The notes under the pieces: model-generated
The model's database searches: none
Seen by the model: the letters and a program-made list of their open reading frames with translations, nothing else
Told to the model about the DNA's origin: nothing
In this document: positions 8,094-15,446 of the stretch, in pieces
How positions within the stretch are numbered: position 1 is the first letter of the stretch
Layout of the letters: every line of letters starts with the position of its first letter
Program-made: the position numbers and the translations under genes
Origin: Thermoplasmatota archaeon
GTDB taxonomy: Archaea; Thermoplasmatota; E2; JACPAO01; JAHFTW01
Direction: 5' to 3'
Length of the DNA: 23,434 nt
Assembly (NCBI GenBank): GCA_041622435.1
Contig: JBFJYU010000012.1
Coordinates: 1 to 23,434, forward strand

Positions 8094-8990
8094 TCAGGCG
8101 CGGGCCAGCAGTTTTTGACTGTTGTCGCGCAGGATTGCCCGCACGGCCTTCGCCGGCAGCCCCAGCCGCAAAAACGCATCGACGTTGGCGCCCATGCCGG
8201 GAACCCGCGGGCCCGGCCAATCGCTGCCCCAGAGGGTGCGGGGAGCCAAGGCTTCCAGGCCCGCGAAGCCGCCAAAGTAATCCGGCAGCCGGCGCGGTGG
8301 GCAGCTCGACAAATCCAGCAAGGCGTTCGGGTAGCGGTCCATCAGATCCAGCGCCGCCGCAGTGCGGTCGGGGCGGCCGCCGTGGGCCAAGATCACCGAC
8401 AGGTCGGGAAAGTCCGCGAGCACGGGTTCGACCAGCGCCGGATCGGCGAAGGCGTTGTCGGCGCCGGGAAAGACGCTGGTTCCCGTGTGGAAGATGACCG
8501 GAAGACCCAGCTCCTGGGCCCGGGCGTAGGCGGCCCCGAGGCGGCCGCCGGCCTGCGTGGCCTCCCGGTGCAGGCCCGGCAGCAAGTGCTGGTGGACCGC
8601 GTGAATCTTCAGCGCCTTGATTCCGAGTTCGACCAGCCGGTCCATGGCCAGGGCACCCTCGCCATCCGTGCGGGGATCGTATCCGCCCACGGCCACGAGC
8701 CGGTCCGGGTCCGCCTGCACGTAGCCGGCGACCCAGTCGTTGACCTCCCAGCCGTAGCCCATGACGATTTTGGCGCTGTAATTGATAAGCCACGCCTGCC
8801 AGATCCCCTCCGCGTCGAGGTGCTCCAGGAAGCCGTCCGGGTCGTGGATGAACCGGGCCATCAGGGGAAACGTCGGATTGGTTTCGATGATTTTGCGCGG
8901 GCCGTCGTTCATCCAGTCGAAGCGGTTGACGTGGACATGGGCGTCCACAACGGGGAATCCGGCGCCTGGGTGGCTCACGGGTTGGGCCAT
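8094..8990 (-). CDS. Amidohydrolase-2 family (TIM-barrel metal-dependent hydrolase/decarboxylase, COG2159-like), ~298 aa
   Basis: ORF 8094..9146 trimmed to the ATG at 8990 (MAQPVSHPGAGFPVVDAHVHV). There is an N-terminal HxH metal-binding motif and later conserved His/Asp residues (ILAHGG, WGSDWP). The start overlaps the stop of the upstream crotonase gene in a TAGCATG junction. A GGAG lies 9 nt upstream. Confidence 0.7.
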   Translation of the reverse strand: MAQPVSHPGAGFPVVDAHVHVNRFDWMNDGPRKIIETNPTFPLMARFIHDPDGFLEHLDAEGIWQAWLINYSAKIVMGYGWEVNDWVAGYVQADPDRLVAVGGYDPRTDGEGALAMDRLVELGIKALKIHAVHQHLLPGLHREATQAGGRLGAAYARAQELGLPVIFHTGTSVFPGADNAFADPALVEPVLADFPDLSVILAHGGRPDRTAAALDLMDRYPNALLDLSSCPPRRLPDYFGGFAGLEALAPRTLWGSDWPGPRVPGMGANVDAFLRLGLPAKAVRAILRDNSQKLLARA

Positions 8991-8991
8991 G

Positions 8992-9756
8992 CTAGCGCTC
9001 CAGGAAAGCCTCGATGCGTGAGCGCGCCTCGGGGCGGGCGTGCATCTCAAGGAAGCGCTCCACCTCGAAGGCCAGGCCGTCCGCGTAGGGCAGCCTGGTC
9101 GCGGCGCGCAGCGCGGCCTTGGCGGCCGCCAGCGCCCCGGGCTCATGGCGCGCCATGCGCTGGGCCAATGCTACTGCGGCGTGCTCAGCGGCCAGGGGCT
9201 CGTCGCCAGAGACAACCTCGTCAACAAGGCCCCATGCCAGCGCCTCGCCAGCCGCCACCGGGTCACCGGACAGGACCATGCGGGCGGCCCGGCCCGCTCC
9301 GACGAGGCGCACCAGGCGTTGCGTCCCGCCGCCGCCCGGGATAAGCGCCAGGTTGATCTCGGGTTGGCCGAGTTTGGCGCGCGGCGCGCACACCCGCACA
9401 TCGCAGGCGGTCGCCAACTCCAGCCCGGCGCCCAGTGCGTGACCGTTCAAGGCGGCGATGACTGGCTTGTCCAAGTCCTCCACGGCGGCAAAAATGGTGG
9501 GTTCCGCCATGATCCGACGCTGATCCTCCGGGTTGCGCGCCAGCAGTTCGCGCAGGTCGGCACCCGCAGCAAAACAGGACCCCGTGCCCGTCAGGACCAC
9601 GGCTCCGACCGATTCGTCGCCAGCGGCCTCGCCCAGGTGCGCCAGCAACTCAGCCCGCGTGGCGGCATCCAACGCGTGGCGCGCCTCGGGCCGGTTGAAC
9701 GTCAGGATCAGGACGCGCCCGTCGCGGCGGGCGTTGACCCTCGCGGCGTCCGTCAC
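8992..9756 (-). CDS. Enoyl-CoA hydratase/isomerase (crotonase superfamily), ~254 aa
   Basis: Motifs LTGTGSCFAAGADLREL and AALNGHALGAGLELATACDVRV. The proposed GTG start at 9756 forms a GTGA overlap with the stop of the upstream 3-hydroxyacyl-CoA dehydrogenase gene. The longer ORF to 9798 would overlap that gene by 46 nt. Confidence 0.75.
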   Translation of the reverse strand: MTDAARVNARRDGRVLILTFNRPEARHALDAATRAELLAHLGEAAGDESVGAVVLTGTGSCFAAGADLRELLARNPEDQRRIMAEPTIFAAVEDLDKPVIAALNGHALGAGLELATACDVRVCAPRAKLGQPEINLALIPGGGGTQRLVRLVGAGRAARMVLSGDPVAAGEALAWGLVDEVVSGDEPLAAEHAAVALAQRMARHEPGALAAAKAALRAATRLPYADGLAFEVERFLEMHARPEARSRIEAFLER

Positions 9757-10643
9757 GAGCCGGGAAGCTCCCGCTCCTGGGGCGTGCCGTTCGACCAATC
9801 GTAGATGCCCCGGCCGGTCTTCTTGCCCAGATCGCCGTCCGCCACGAGCCGGCGCGCGATCTCAGGCGACTCGTACTGGGTTCCACCGAACTGGCTGTAG
9901 AGGTAATCGGACACCTTCTCGCGCACATCCAGGCCGACGAGGTCCGTCAGCTCCAACGGCCCCATGGGGTGACCGTAGCCCAGCTTCATCGCCAGATCAA
10001 TGTCGCGGGCCGACGCCACGCCGGACTCCAGCATTCGCATCGCCTCGTTTCCGATCACCACGCCCAGCCGGCTGGTCGCAAAGCCCGGGAGGTCCTTGAC
10101 GACGATGACCGTCTTGCCCATTTTTTCGCCGACCGCGCGAGCCTCGTCGACCGCCTCCTCGCTGGTCGTCTCGTGGCGCACCAGCTCCAGGAGCTTCATG
10201 AGCGGAACCGGGTTGAAGAAGTGCATGCCGACCACGCGGCCAGGATCATCGACAGCCGAAGCGATGGCGGCGATGGACAGACTGCTCGTATTGCTCGCCA
10301 ACACCGCCTCCTCGGGAACCATCCGGTCCACATCCGCGAAGACCTTCTGCTTGAGACTGAGAATCTCCGGCACCGCCTCGATGACCATGCCAATTCCGGC
10401 AACGGCGGCCTCCAGCGACGGCGCGGCGCTCAAGTTGGCCGCCCACTTGTCCCGGTCTTCCGGCCGCGTCTTGCCAAGATCGATGCCCCGGTTCCAGAAT
10501 TCGTTGATCGTGTCCATACCCCGCGCGAGCGCCTTGGGCTGGGCGTCGAACAGCCGCGTTTCGAACCCCGCCTGGGCGGCCGCCTGCGCGATGCCGGCAC
10601 CCATCGTTCCGGCGCCCAGAACCGCCACGCTGCGTGTGTCCAT
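9753..10643 (-). CDS. 3-hydroxyacyl-CoA (3-hydroxybutyryl-CoA) dehydrogenase, 296 aa
   Basis: The N-terminal NAD-binding motif VAVLGAGTMGAGIAQ is present, and the C-terminal dimerisation domain is conserved (SRLGVVIGNEAMRMLESGVASARDIDLAMKLGYGHPMGPLELTDLVGLD). Confidence 0.85.
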   Translation of the reverse strand: MDTRSVAVLGAGTMGAGIAQAAAQAGFETRLFDAQPKALARGMDTINEFWNRGIDLGKTRPEDRDKWAANLSAAPSLEAAVAGIGMVIEAVPEILSLKQKVFADVDRMVPEEAVLASNTSSLSIAAIASAVDDPGRVVGMHFFNPVPLMKLLELVRHETTSEEAVDEARAVGEKMGKTVIVVKDLPGFATSRLGVVIGNEAMRMLESGVASARDIDLAMKLGYGHPMGPLELTDLVGLDVREKVSDYLYSQFGGTQYESPEIARRLVADGDLGKKTGRGIYDWSNGTPQERELPGS

Positions 10644-10702
10644 GGGCGGTCATCCGTGTTTAGAATGAAGCCATTGCGATGGGGAAGAGGCGAGGCTGCC
10701 GC

Positions 10703-11482
10703 CTACTTGGACATGCCCAACGCCTTGAGCAATTCCACGGGCAACGGAATGACGACGGTCGTCCCCTTGTTGTCCGCGGCATTTTGGAGCGTTTGCAGCA
10801 TCCTCAGGAACATCGCGCCCGGCGACTCGGCCATGACGGCGGAGGCCTCGCCGAGCTTCTGCGCCGCCTGGAATTCGCCCTCCGCGGTGATGACGCGGGC
10901 ACGGCGCTCGCGCTCCGCCTCGGCTTGGCGAGCCATGGCGCGGCGCATGTCGGCGGCCAGTTCGACGTCCTTGATCTCGACCATTCCGACCTTGATGCCC
11001 CAGGGGTCGGTGGCGGCGTCGATGACCTCCTGCAATTTTTTGTTGAGTTTCTCGCGCTCGGCCAACAATTCGTCGAGGTCCGCCTGCCCGACGACGCTGC
11101 GCAGGCTCGTTTGGGCGATCTGGCTCGTGGCAATGCCGAAGTGTTCGACTTCAATGATGGCCCGGATGGGGTCGAGGACGCGGAAGTAGACGACCGCGTT
11201 GACGGATACGGGCACGTTGTCGTGGGTGATGATTTCCTGAACCGGCACGTCATGGGTGATGGTTCGCAGGTCCACCTTCACCATCTTGTCGAGCACCGGG
11301 ATGACGAAGAACAGCCCGGGGCCCTTGGCGCCGAGGAGCCGACCCAGGCGGAAAATGACGCCTCGCTCGTACTCCTTCACGATCTTGATCGCGGAAAACA
11401 GGAAGGCGACCACGAGCAGGACGACCACGATGGCCACGAACGCCGCCGTGGGACTGAGCGCCAGGAGCACGGGAGATGCCAT
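10703..11482 (-). CDS. Stomatin/prohibitin-family SPFH (band 7) membrane protein
   Basis: An N-terminal hydrophobic anchor precedes the SPFH core (GVIFRLGRLLGAKGPGLFFVIPVLDKMVKVDLR, VPVQEIITHDNVPVSVNAVVYFRV) and a C-terminal coiled-coil (RQAEAERERRARVITAEGE). The start is either ATG 11482 or ATG 11515, the full tracked ORF. Confidence 0.85.
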   Translation of the reverse strand: MASPVLLALSPTAAFVAIVVVLLVVAFLFSAIKIVKEYERGVIFRLGRLLGAKGPGLFFVIPVLDKMVKVDLRTITHDVPVQEIITHDNVPVSVNAVVYFRVLDPIRAIIEVEHFGIATSQIAQTSLRSVVGQADLDELLAEREKLNKKLQEVIDAATDPWGIKVGMVEIKDVELAADMRRAMARQAEAERERRARVITAEGEFQAAQKLGEASAVMAESPGAMFLRMLQTLQNAADNKGTTVVIPLPVELLKALGMSK

Positions 11483-11605
11483 GCCCTCCAAAACGATCGG
11501 GTGCTGATGAACCATCTGATCTAGCCCAGCCGCCGTTCAGCGGGACGCGACGCTTTTCCCCACGGGCCCCATGCCGTGCTTGTGACCCGGAATTGGCGGC
11601 TCGCC

Positions 11606-11992
11606 ATGGCACTCGTTGCCCTCGCTCTGGCTCCCGGGGCGGCGGCGCACGGAACCCATGTTGAGGACGGCGCCGGGTACGAGGTTTGGTGGGGGCTGCC
11701 CAGCCACGTTTACATCCACCTGGACGGGGCAACGTTTGCGGCGCTGGCGCAGCCCGGAAGCGGTTGGGCGCTGGCGTGGGACCTCGCGGCACCCATCGAG
11801 GAGGCGCTGGTGCGGGAACACGCGGCGCGGCCGGCGGGAGCGTGGTACTGTGACGGCGACCCCGGATATGTTCAGCCGCTGCCCTGCCGCCTGCGGGTCG
11901 CCATCGAACTGCAGGCCCATGTGAACGCTGGCGACGCCGACGTCCATTTCGATCGCTACTTCGGCTATGCCGGCGCCCTGCCGCTTGGCTAG
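11606..11992 (+). CDS. Small secreted protein of unknown function (~128 aa, 2 Cys)
   Basis: The signal peptide MALVALALAPGAAAHG is followed by a hydrophilic acidic mature region. GC3 is high. No recognisable domain. The start is taken as ATG 11606; the tracked ORF begins at an upstream GTG. Confidence 0.45.
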   Translation: MALVALALAPGAAAHGTHVEDGAGYEVWWGLPSHVYIHLDGATFAALAQPGSGWALAWDLAAPIEEALVREHAARPAGAWYCDGDPGYVQPLPCRLRVAIELQAHVNAGDADVHFDRYFGYAGALPLG

Positions 11993-12040
11993 CCCGGACA
12001 GCCCCAAGAGCCACGACGGGTGCTGTTTTGGATAGTCAGA

Positions 12041-12060
12041 GCCCGTGATATTTTTTTCAT
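12041..12060. promoter_or_regulatory. AT-rich island (GTGATATTTTTTTCATTG) in otherwise ~68% GC DNA; candidate TATA/-10 promoter element or oligo-T terminator
   Basis: A T7 run at 12051..12057 is seen in the sequence. It lies 30-50 nt upstream of the 12089 start and about 50 nt downstream of the 11992 stop. Confidence 0.35.
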
Positions 12061-12088
12061 TGCGGCCTCTCCGGTTCCGAGGTCCAAC

Positions 12089-12394
12089 ATGAACCCACTA
12101 GCCAAGCTGCTGCTGGTCGTGCTGCTGGCGCCGCCGGCGGCCGCCGATCCCGTCGAGGATGCCGAACAGATCACGTACGACTGTCGCACGATGCTGGCGG
12201 TGTATCCGCCCCGCGACCAATGCGTCGTCGAAGGGCGCGGCGTTGCCTGCGTCACGCAACTCGGCCCCACCTACGCACTGCGCTGCTGGCTCGTCGGCGT
12301 CGATTGCCACGGCAGCCACTGGCACGCGACCGTCGGGCCCACGCACGTGGCCGGCCAGAACACATGCCATCATGCCATCCGAGTCACGCCCTAG
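12089..12394 (+). CDS. Small secreted Cys/His-rich protein (~101 aa, 6 Cys, His cluster CHGSHWH...TCHH)
   Basis: GAGGT at 12079..12083 lies 5 nt before ATG 12089. The signal peptide MNPLAKLLLVVLLAPPAAADP has an AAA-D cleavage-site style shared with the next gene. Six Cys fall in about 75 mature residues. Confidence 0.55.
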   Translation: MNPLAKLLLVVLLAPPAAADPVEDAEQITYDCRTMLAVYPPRDQCVVEGRGVACVTQLGPTYALRCWLVGVDCHGSHWHATVGPTHVAGQNTCHHAIRVTP

Positions 12395-12484
12395 ATCCGG
12401 CGGGCGCGCTGCGCCGTGCAACCATTCGAGGTGGGGACCACCACGTTTTAGGACGACGCGCAGTTTGCAAATCGAGGTTGGAAA

Positions 12485-12781
12485 ATGAAAACTGTAGCCC
12501 TTCTGATCCTTGCCACCATGCTCGCCGTACCCGGCGCCGCGGCAGACGAGGACCCGTGCGAAACCGGCTTGGACGGCGCCGCCATTGTCGTCTGCCGCGG
12601 ACCCACCGACGAGGGCATCGGATGCGTCGCCCGTGCTGACGGCTGGACCGGGGCCGGCTGCGGCCTCGTCGGCTTCAACTGTTTCTCCGTGATCTGGGGC
12701 ATCCACAACAACGTGATCAGCGTCGGCGGGTACAGCTCATGCCAGGCCGGTGTGTTCGTCAACGTGCCGCCGACCGGGTGA
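12485..12781 (+). CDS. Small secreted Cys-rich protein (98 aa, 6 Cys)
   Basis: GAGGT at 12474..12478 lies 6 nt before ATG 12485. The signal peptide is MKTVALLILATMLAVPGAAADEDP. Six cysteines are spaced through the ~75-aa mature region, with Gly-rich loops. Confidence 0.6.
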   Translation: MKTVALLILATMLAVPGAAADEDPCETGLDGAAIVVCRGPTDEGIGCVARADGWTGAGCGLVGFNCFSVIWGIHNNVISVGGYSSCQAGVFVNVPPTG

Positions 12782-12887
12782 GTTGAACGGTGATGGCGCG
12801 GCAGGCACCCCGCCATCCGCGACTGTTCACCGGATTCGAGGAAAATCGTCCCAGACGCCTCTTATCATGCCCTGCGGCGTCCCCAAT

Positions 12888-15113
12888 ATGGCCGTGAAAA
12901 TCCCGCGCGTATTGCGTGCCCTCGCCCTCGCTGCCCTGCTGGGAGCAACGGGTGTTGCCGCCGCCGGATTCTTCGGCGACGCCTACGGCTCCGTCCCGGG
13001 AACGTGGGAGTTGCCGCCGCTCGAGTATGGTGCCAGCGGCGAGTACGCCGTACAAGGGTTCAACAGGACGCCCGGCGGCGAATTCGTGCCGATTGGTCCG
13101 ACCGCCCGCGGCCTTGAATACCGCAATCCCGCGCCGGAGTGGATTCTGGACGCTTCGGGGCAGCCCCGGCTGGCTTCCGGCGTCGAATCCACCATTTACG
13201 GCTACGTTGATCGAACCGTCGATTTCGATGACGCCGAGCCCACCTGGGCGCCCAAGTGGACAATGCGGGTCCTGGAGGCCGACGGCGACACGGTCGCGAC
13301 GCAAATCAGCATGGCCTTCGCCTCGGCGGACCGCAACGAATCGCTCGTGGAGGCGGCCGGCCAGCCATTGGTCAGCCACATCGCGCGTGGAACCCGGAAC
13401 GTGACCGCAACCACCTACGCCGACGCGTCCCCGCCGGCGTTCAGGACCTGCGGCCTCGTGAACCCGTACCAGGGCTCGCGGGCCCCCCTCGGCCGGACCG
13501 TCGACCTAGGGAACTGCCTCATTGCGGCGACCCACTCGTTGGGCTCCGCCCAAGGCGGAAATGGCACCGTCGCCGGAGCCCTGCTGGTGGTCGCTCGGCC
13601 CTTCGACATCAAGGGCACCCAGGCCATCGATGGCGAACGCGCCCTTGCCCTGGAAACCTCCACAACGATCCATGGAGCTCGCGTCGTGGTGCGGCTGTGG
13701 CTGACCCAGGAATCCCCCGTGCCGGTGCGGATGGTGACGATTGCGGATGACTGGGCCGTCGTGCTAAGCCTTGCGGGCACCCATCAAGCCGCGCCCGACC
13801 GACCCGGGCCCGCGCCAGAGGCGGCTCCAGGCCTCACGTGGGCGCCGCGCCAGCCGTGGGGCCCAGACGACTCCGATGCCGATCATTTCTTCCCGGCGTC
13901 CCAGGCGTGGGCGGCCGCCATGGAGGACGCCCGGGTTGCCGCCTATTTTGATGCCCACCCGAAGGCCGTCGCCGCGAGGATGCATGGGACCGAACACGAA
14001 TTCACGGACCGCCAGCGCGTGACGTGGCAGTTTCGCGTGACCGATGGCATGGAACCGTTCGTTTTCTCGGTGGATGTGGACGAGCGCCCACTGCTGGGGA
14101 TGTACCTGGAAGAACATACCGGCATCCCGGACCCCGCCTGGGATCCCGACGTGGAAGTCACGATCCACGAGCAGGATTATGCCCCGCTGCCGCCCCCCGA
14201 AACGTTACCCGACGTCCTCCCGACCGTAGGCTCGATCGCGAAGCTTCGGGCATCCTACTCGGGCGTCGATGGAGCCTCGCCCGAATGGGAATTCACGGCG
14301 GAGTGCCAGGACTTGCCCTGCGTGCGTAGCGAGTGGCTGGTTGCCGCGAGCCGCAAGGCGGTCAACCAAACCATCGAGCCCCACGCCACCCAGGGCCACG
14401 TCCAGATCGATACGGCATCGAAATCCAGCACGTTCAACGTCCACGGAGACGGCCACCGCAGCCTTTTCGTTTCGGACGGATCGAGCCGGAGCCAGGTCGC
14501 CCCGTCCCCGCTGGCGGCAGGCCGCGCACCAAGCGCCCCGGCCGCGGAAGCGCCCGCCTGGTCGCCCCCCAGCGTGGCGGTGGCCGCCGCGACAGGCCTC
14601 GCCGCCTTGGTCGCGGGGTTGCTTTACTACCTGTGGCCCCAAGTGAAGGCGGTCGGCATTGGCTTGTTCAGCCGGATGGGTCAGCAGGAAATCGTGGACC
14701 ACCCCGTGCGGCGGCACCTGCTTGCCGCCGTGGAGGCTGATCCTGGCATCCACTTCCAAGAGTTGGTTCGCCGGGTGGGTGTTGGTCGCAGCAGCGTCGA
14801 TCACCACCTGCGCCACTTGGAATCCCGTGGGCTCATCGTGCGCCGACTGACCCAAGGCTACGCGTGCTTCGCTCCAAGGGGGACCGATCGCCGAGTGCTC
14901 GCTGGCGCCGGAGCGATTCGGTCCAGCGGCGCCCGCGCCGTGCTCGCCGCCATCGAGGCCGCCCCCGGTGCCTCCATCGCCGACACCGCTCGGGCAACGG
15001 GCCTGGAGCGGTCCACGGCCCACCACCACGTCCAGCGCCTTACCGAGGCGGGACTGGTGGAGCGCCGCCGGGACGGGCGAGCGGTCCGACTGTGGCGGGT
15101 GCGGCCGGCGTAA
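12888..15113 (+). CDS. Membrane-anchored transcription regulator: signal peptide + ~530-aa acidic extracytoplasmic domain + one TM helix + two C-terminal winged-helix (ArsR/MarR-like) DNA-binding domains (~742 aa)
   Basis: ORF 12750..15113 trimmed to the ATG at 12888 (MAVKIPRVLRALALAALLGATGVAAAG). The TM helix is VAVAAATGLAALVAGLLYYLW near the C-terminal quarter. Two HTH units follow: HFQELVRRVGVGRSSVDHHLRHLESRGLIVRR and SIADTARATGLERSTAHHHVQRLTEAGLVERRRDGRAVRLWRV. The ectodomain has no motif I can recognise. Confidence 0.7.
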   Translation: MAVKIPRVLRALALAALLGATGVAAAGFFGDAYGSVPGTWELPPLEYGASGEYAVQGFNRTPGGEFVPIGPTARGLEYRNPAPEWILDASGQPRLASGVESTIYGYVDRTVDFDDAEPTWAPKWTMRVLEADGDTVATQISMAFASADRNESLVEAAGQPLVSHIARGTRNVTATTYADASPPAFRTCGLVNPYQGSRAPLGRTVDLGNCLIAATHSLGSAQGGNGTVAGALLVVARPFDIKGTQAIDGERALALETSTTIHGARVVVRLWLTQESPVPVRMVTIADDWAVVLSLAGTHQAAPDRPGPAPEAAPGLTWAPRQPWGPDDSDADHFFPASQAWAAAMEDARVAAYFDAHPKAVAARMHGTEHEFTDRQRVTWQFRVTDGMEPFVFSVDVDERPLLGMYLEEHTGIPDPAWDPDVEVTIHEQDYAPLPPPETLPDVLPTVGSIAKLRASYSGVDGASPEWEFTAECQDLPCVRSEWLVAASRKAVNQTIEPHATQGHVQIDTASKSSTFNVHGDGHRSLFVSDGSSRSQVAPSPLAAGRAPSAPAAEAPAWSPPSVAVAAATGLAALVAGLLYYLWPQVKAVGIGLFSRMGQQEIVDHPVRRHLLAAVEADPGIHFQELVRRVGVGRSSVDHHLRHLESRGLIVRRLTQGYACFAPRGTDRRVLAGAGAIRSSGARAVLAAIEAAPGASIADTARATGLERSTAHHHVQRLTEAGLVERRRDGRAVRLWRVRPA

Positions 15114-15139
15114 AGGGGGACGCAAACCGCCGCGCCGTG

Positions 15140-15446
15140 CTTCGCGCTAAGCGCTCAGCACGTGTTGCACGGCTCGGAGAACCTTCCACTCACCCTTCGC
15201 ACGGCCCTGCAAGCAGGGCCGCAGTCCCGCCGACTGGGCGTTCTTGCCTTCGCGGTCCGCTTCTCGTGGCTATGCGCCGAGAACCTTTTGGACCGCTCGC
15301 AAGACCTTCCACTCGTCCCTCATACGGCCGTGCAAGCACGGCCCCAGTCGCGACGAGTTCACGCGCTGGGCGCCCAGCGTGACGCCGGTTACGCCGACAT
15401 CACGCGCTGAACAGCACGCAAGACCTTCCACTCGTCGGGCATATAG
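15140..15446. repeat. Degenerate direct-repeat array of ~120-bp period (3 units). Each ~65-75-bp repeat core carries a 7-bp-stem/4-nt-loop hairpin. The third unit is the 3' coding end of the E1-beta gene.
   Basis: accttccactc occurs at 15181, 15304 and 15423. Core A (15176..15240) and core B (15298..15372) are ~80% identical. Their hairpins are ggccCtg-caag-caGggcc (15203..15220) and ggccGtg-caag-caCggcc (15326..15343), differing by a compensatory pair. A perfect 16-bp palindrome cgctgggcgcccagcg sits at 15364..15379. The 20 nt cgcaagaccttccactcgtc are shared exactly between unit B and the E1-beta C-terminal codons (DEWKVLR). Confidence 0.75.

Noticed and set aside
11250-12014. 254-aa minus-strand ORF overlapping the stomatin start and the first small secreted protein gene
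   Set aside because: It overlaps two better-supported genes, is Arg/Pro/Gly-rich with low complexity, and has no recognisable domain.
12750-12887. Upstream extension of the regulator ORF (GTG 12750 or ATG 12867 starts)
   Set aside because: The GTG start overlaps the preceding gene. Both alternatives add a non-signal-like N-terminus before the obvious signal peptide beginning at ATG 12888. ATG 12867 remains a possible alternative.
15162-15410. 82-aa GTG-initiated ORF spanning the repeat array, with internal peptide repeat ENLPLTLRTALQAGPQSRRL / QDLPLVPHTAVQARPQSRRV
   Set aside because: There is no SD and its GC3 is lower than that of confirmed genes. The hairpin-preserving substitutions are nonsynonymous in this frame, so a structural RNA/DNA element is the more parsimonious reading. 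It is not fully excluded.
15140-15446. Possible CRISPR array (regularly spaced repeats with spacers)
   Set aside because: Only three units with ~80% identity and a period of ~120 bp. The repeats are 65-75 bp and one is protein-coding. No cas genes or leader are present. This is not consistent with CRISPR.
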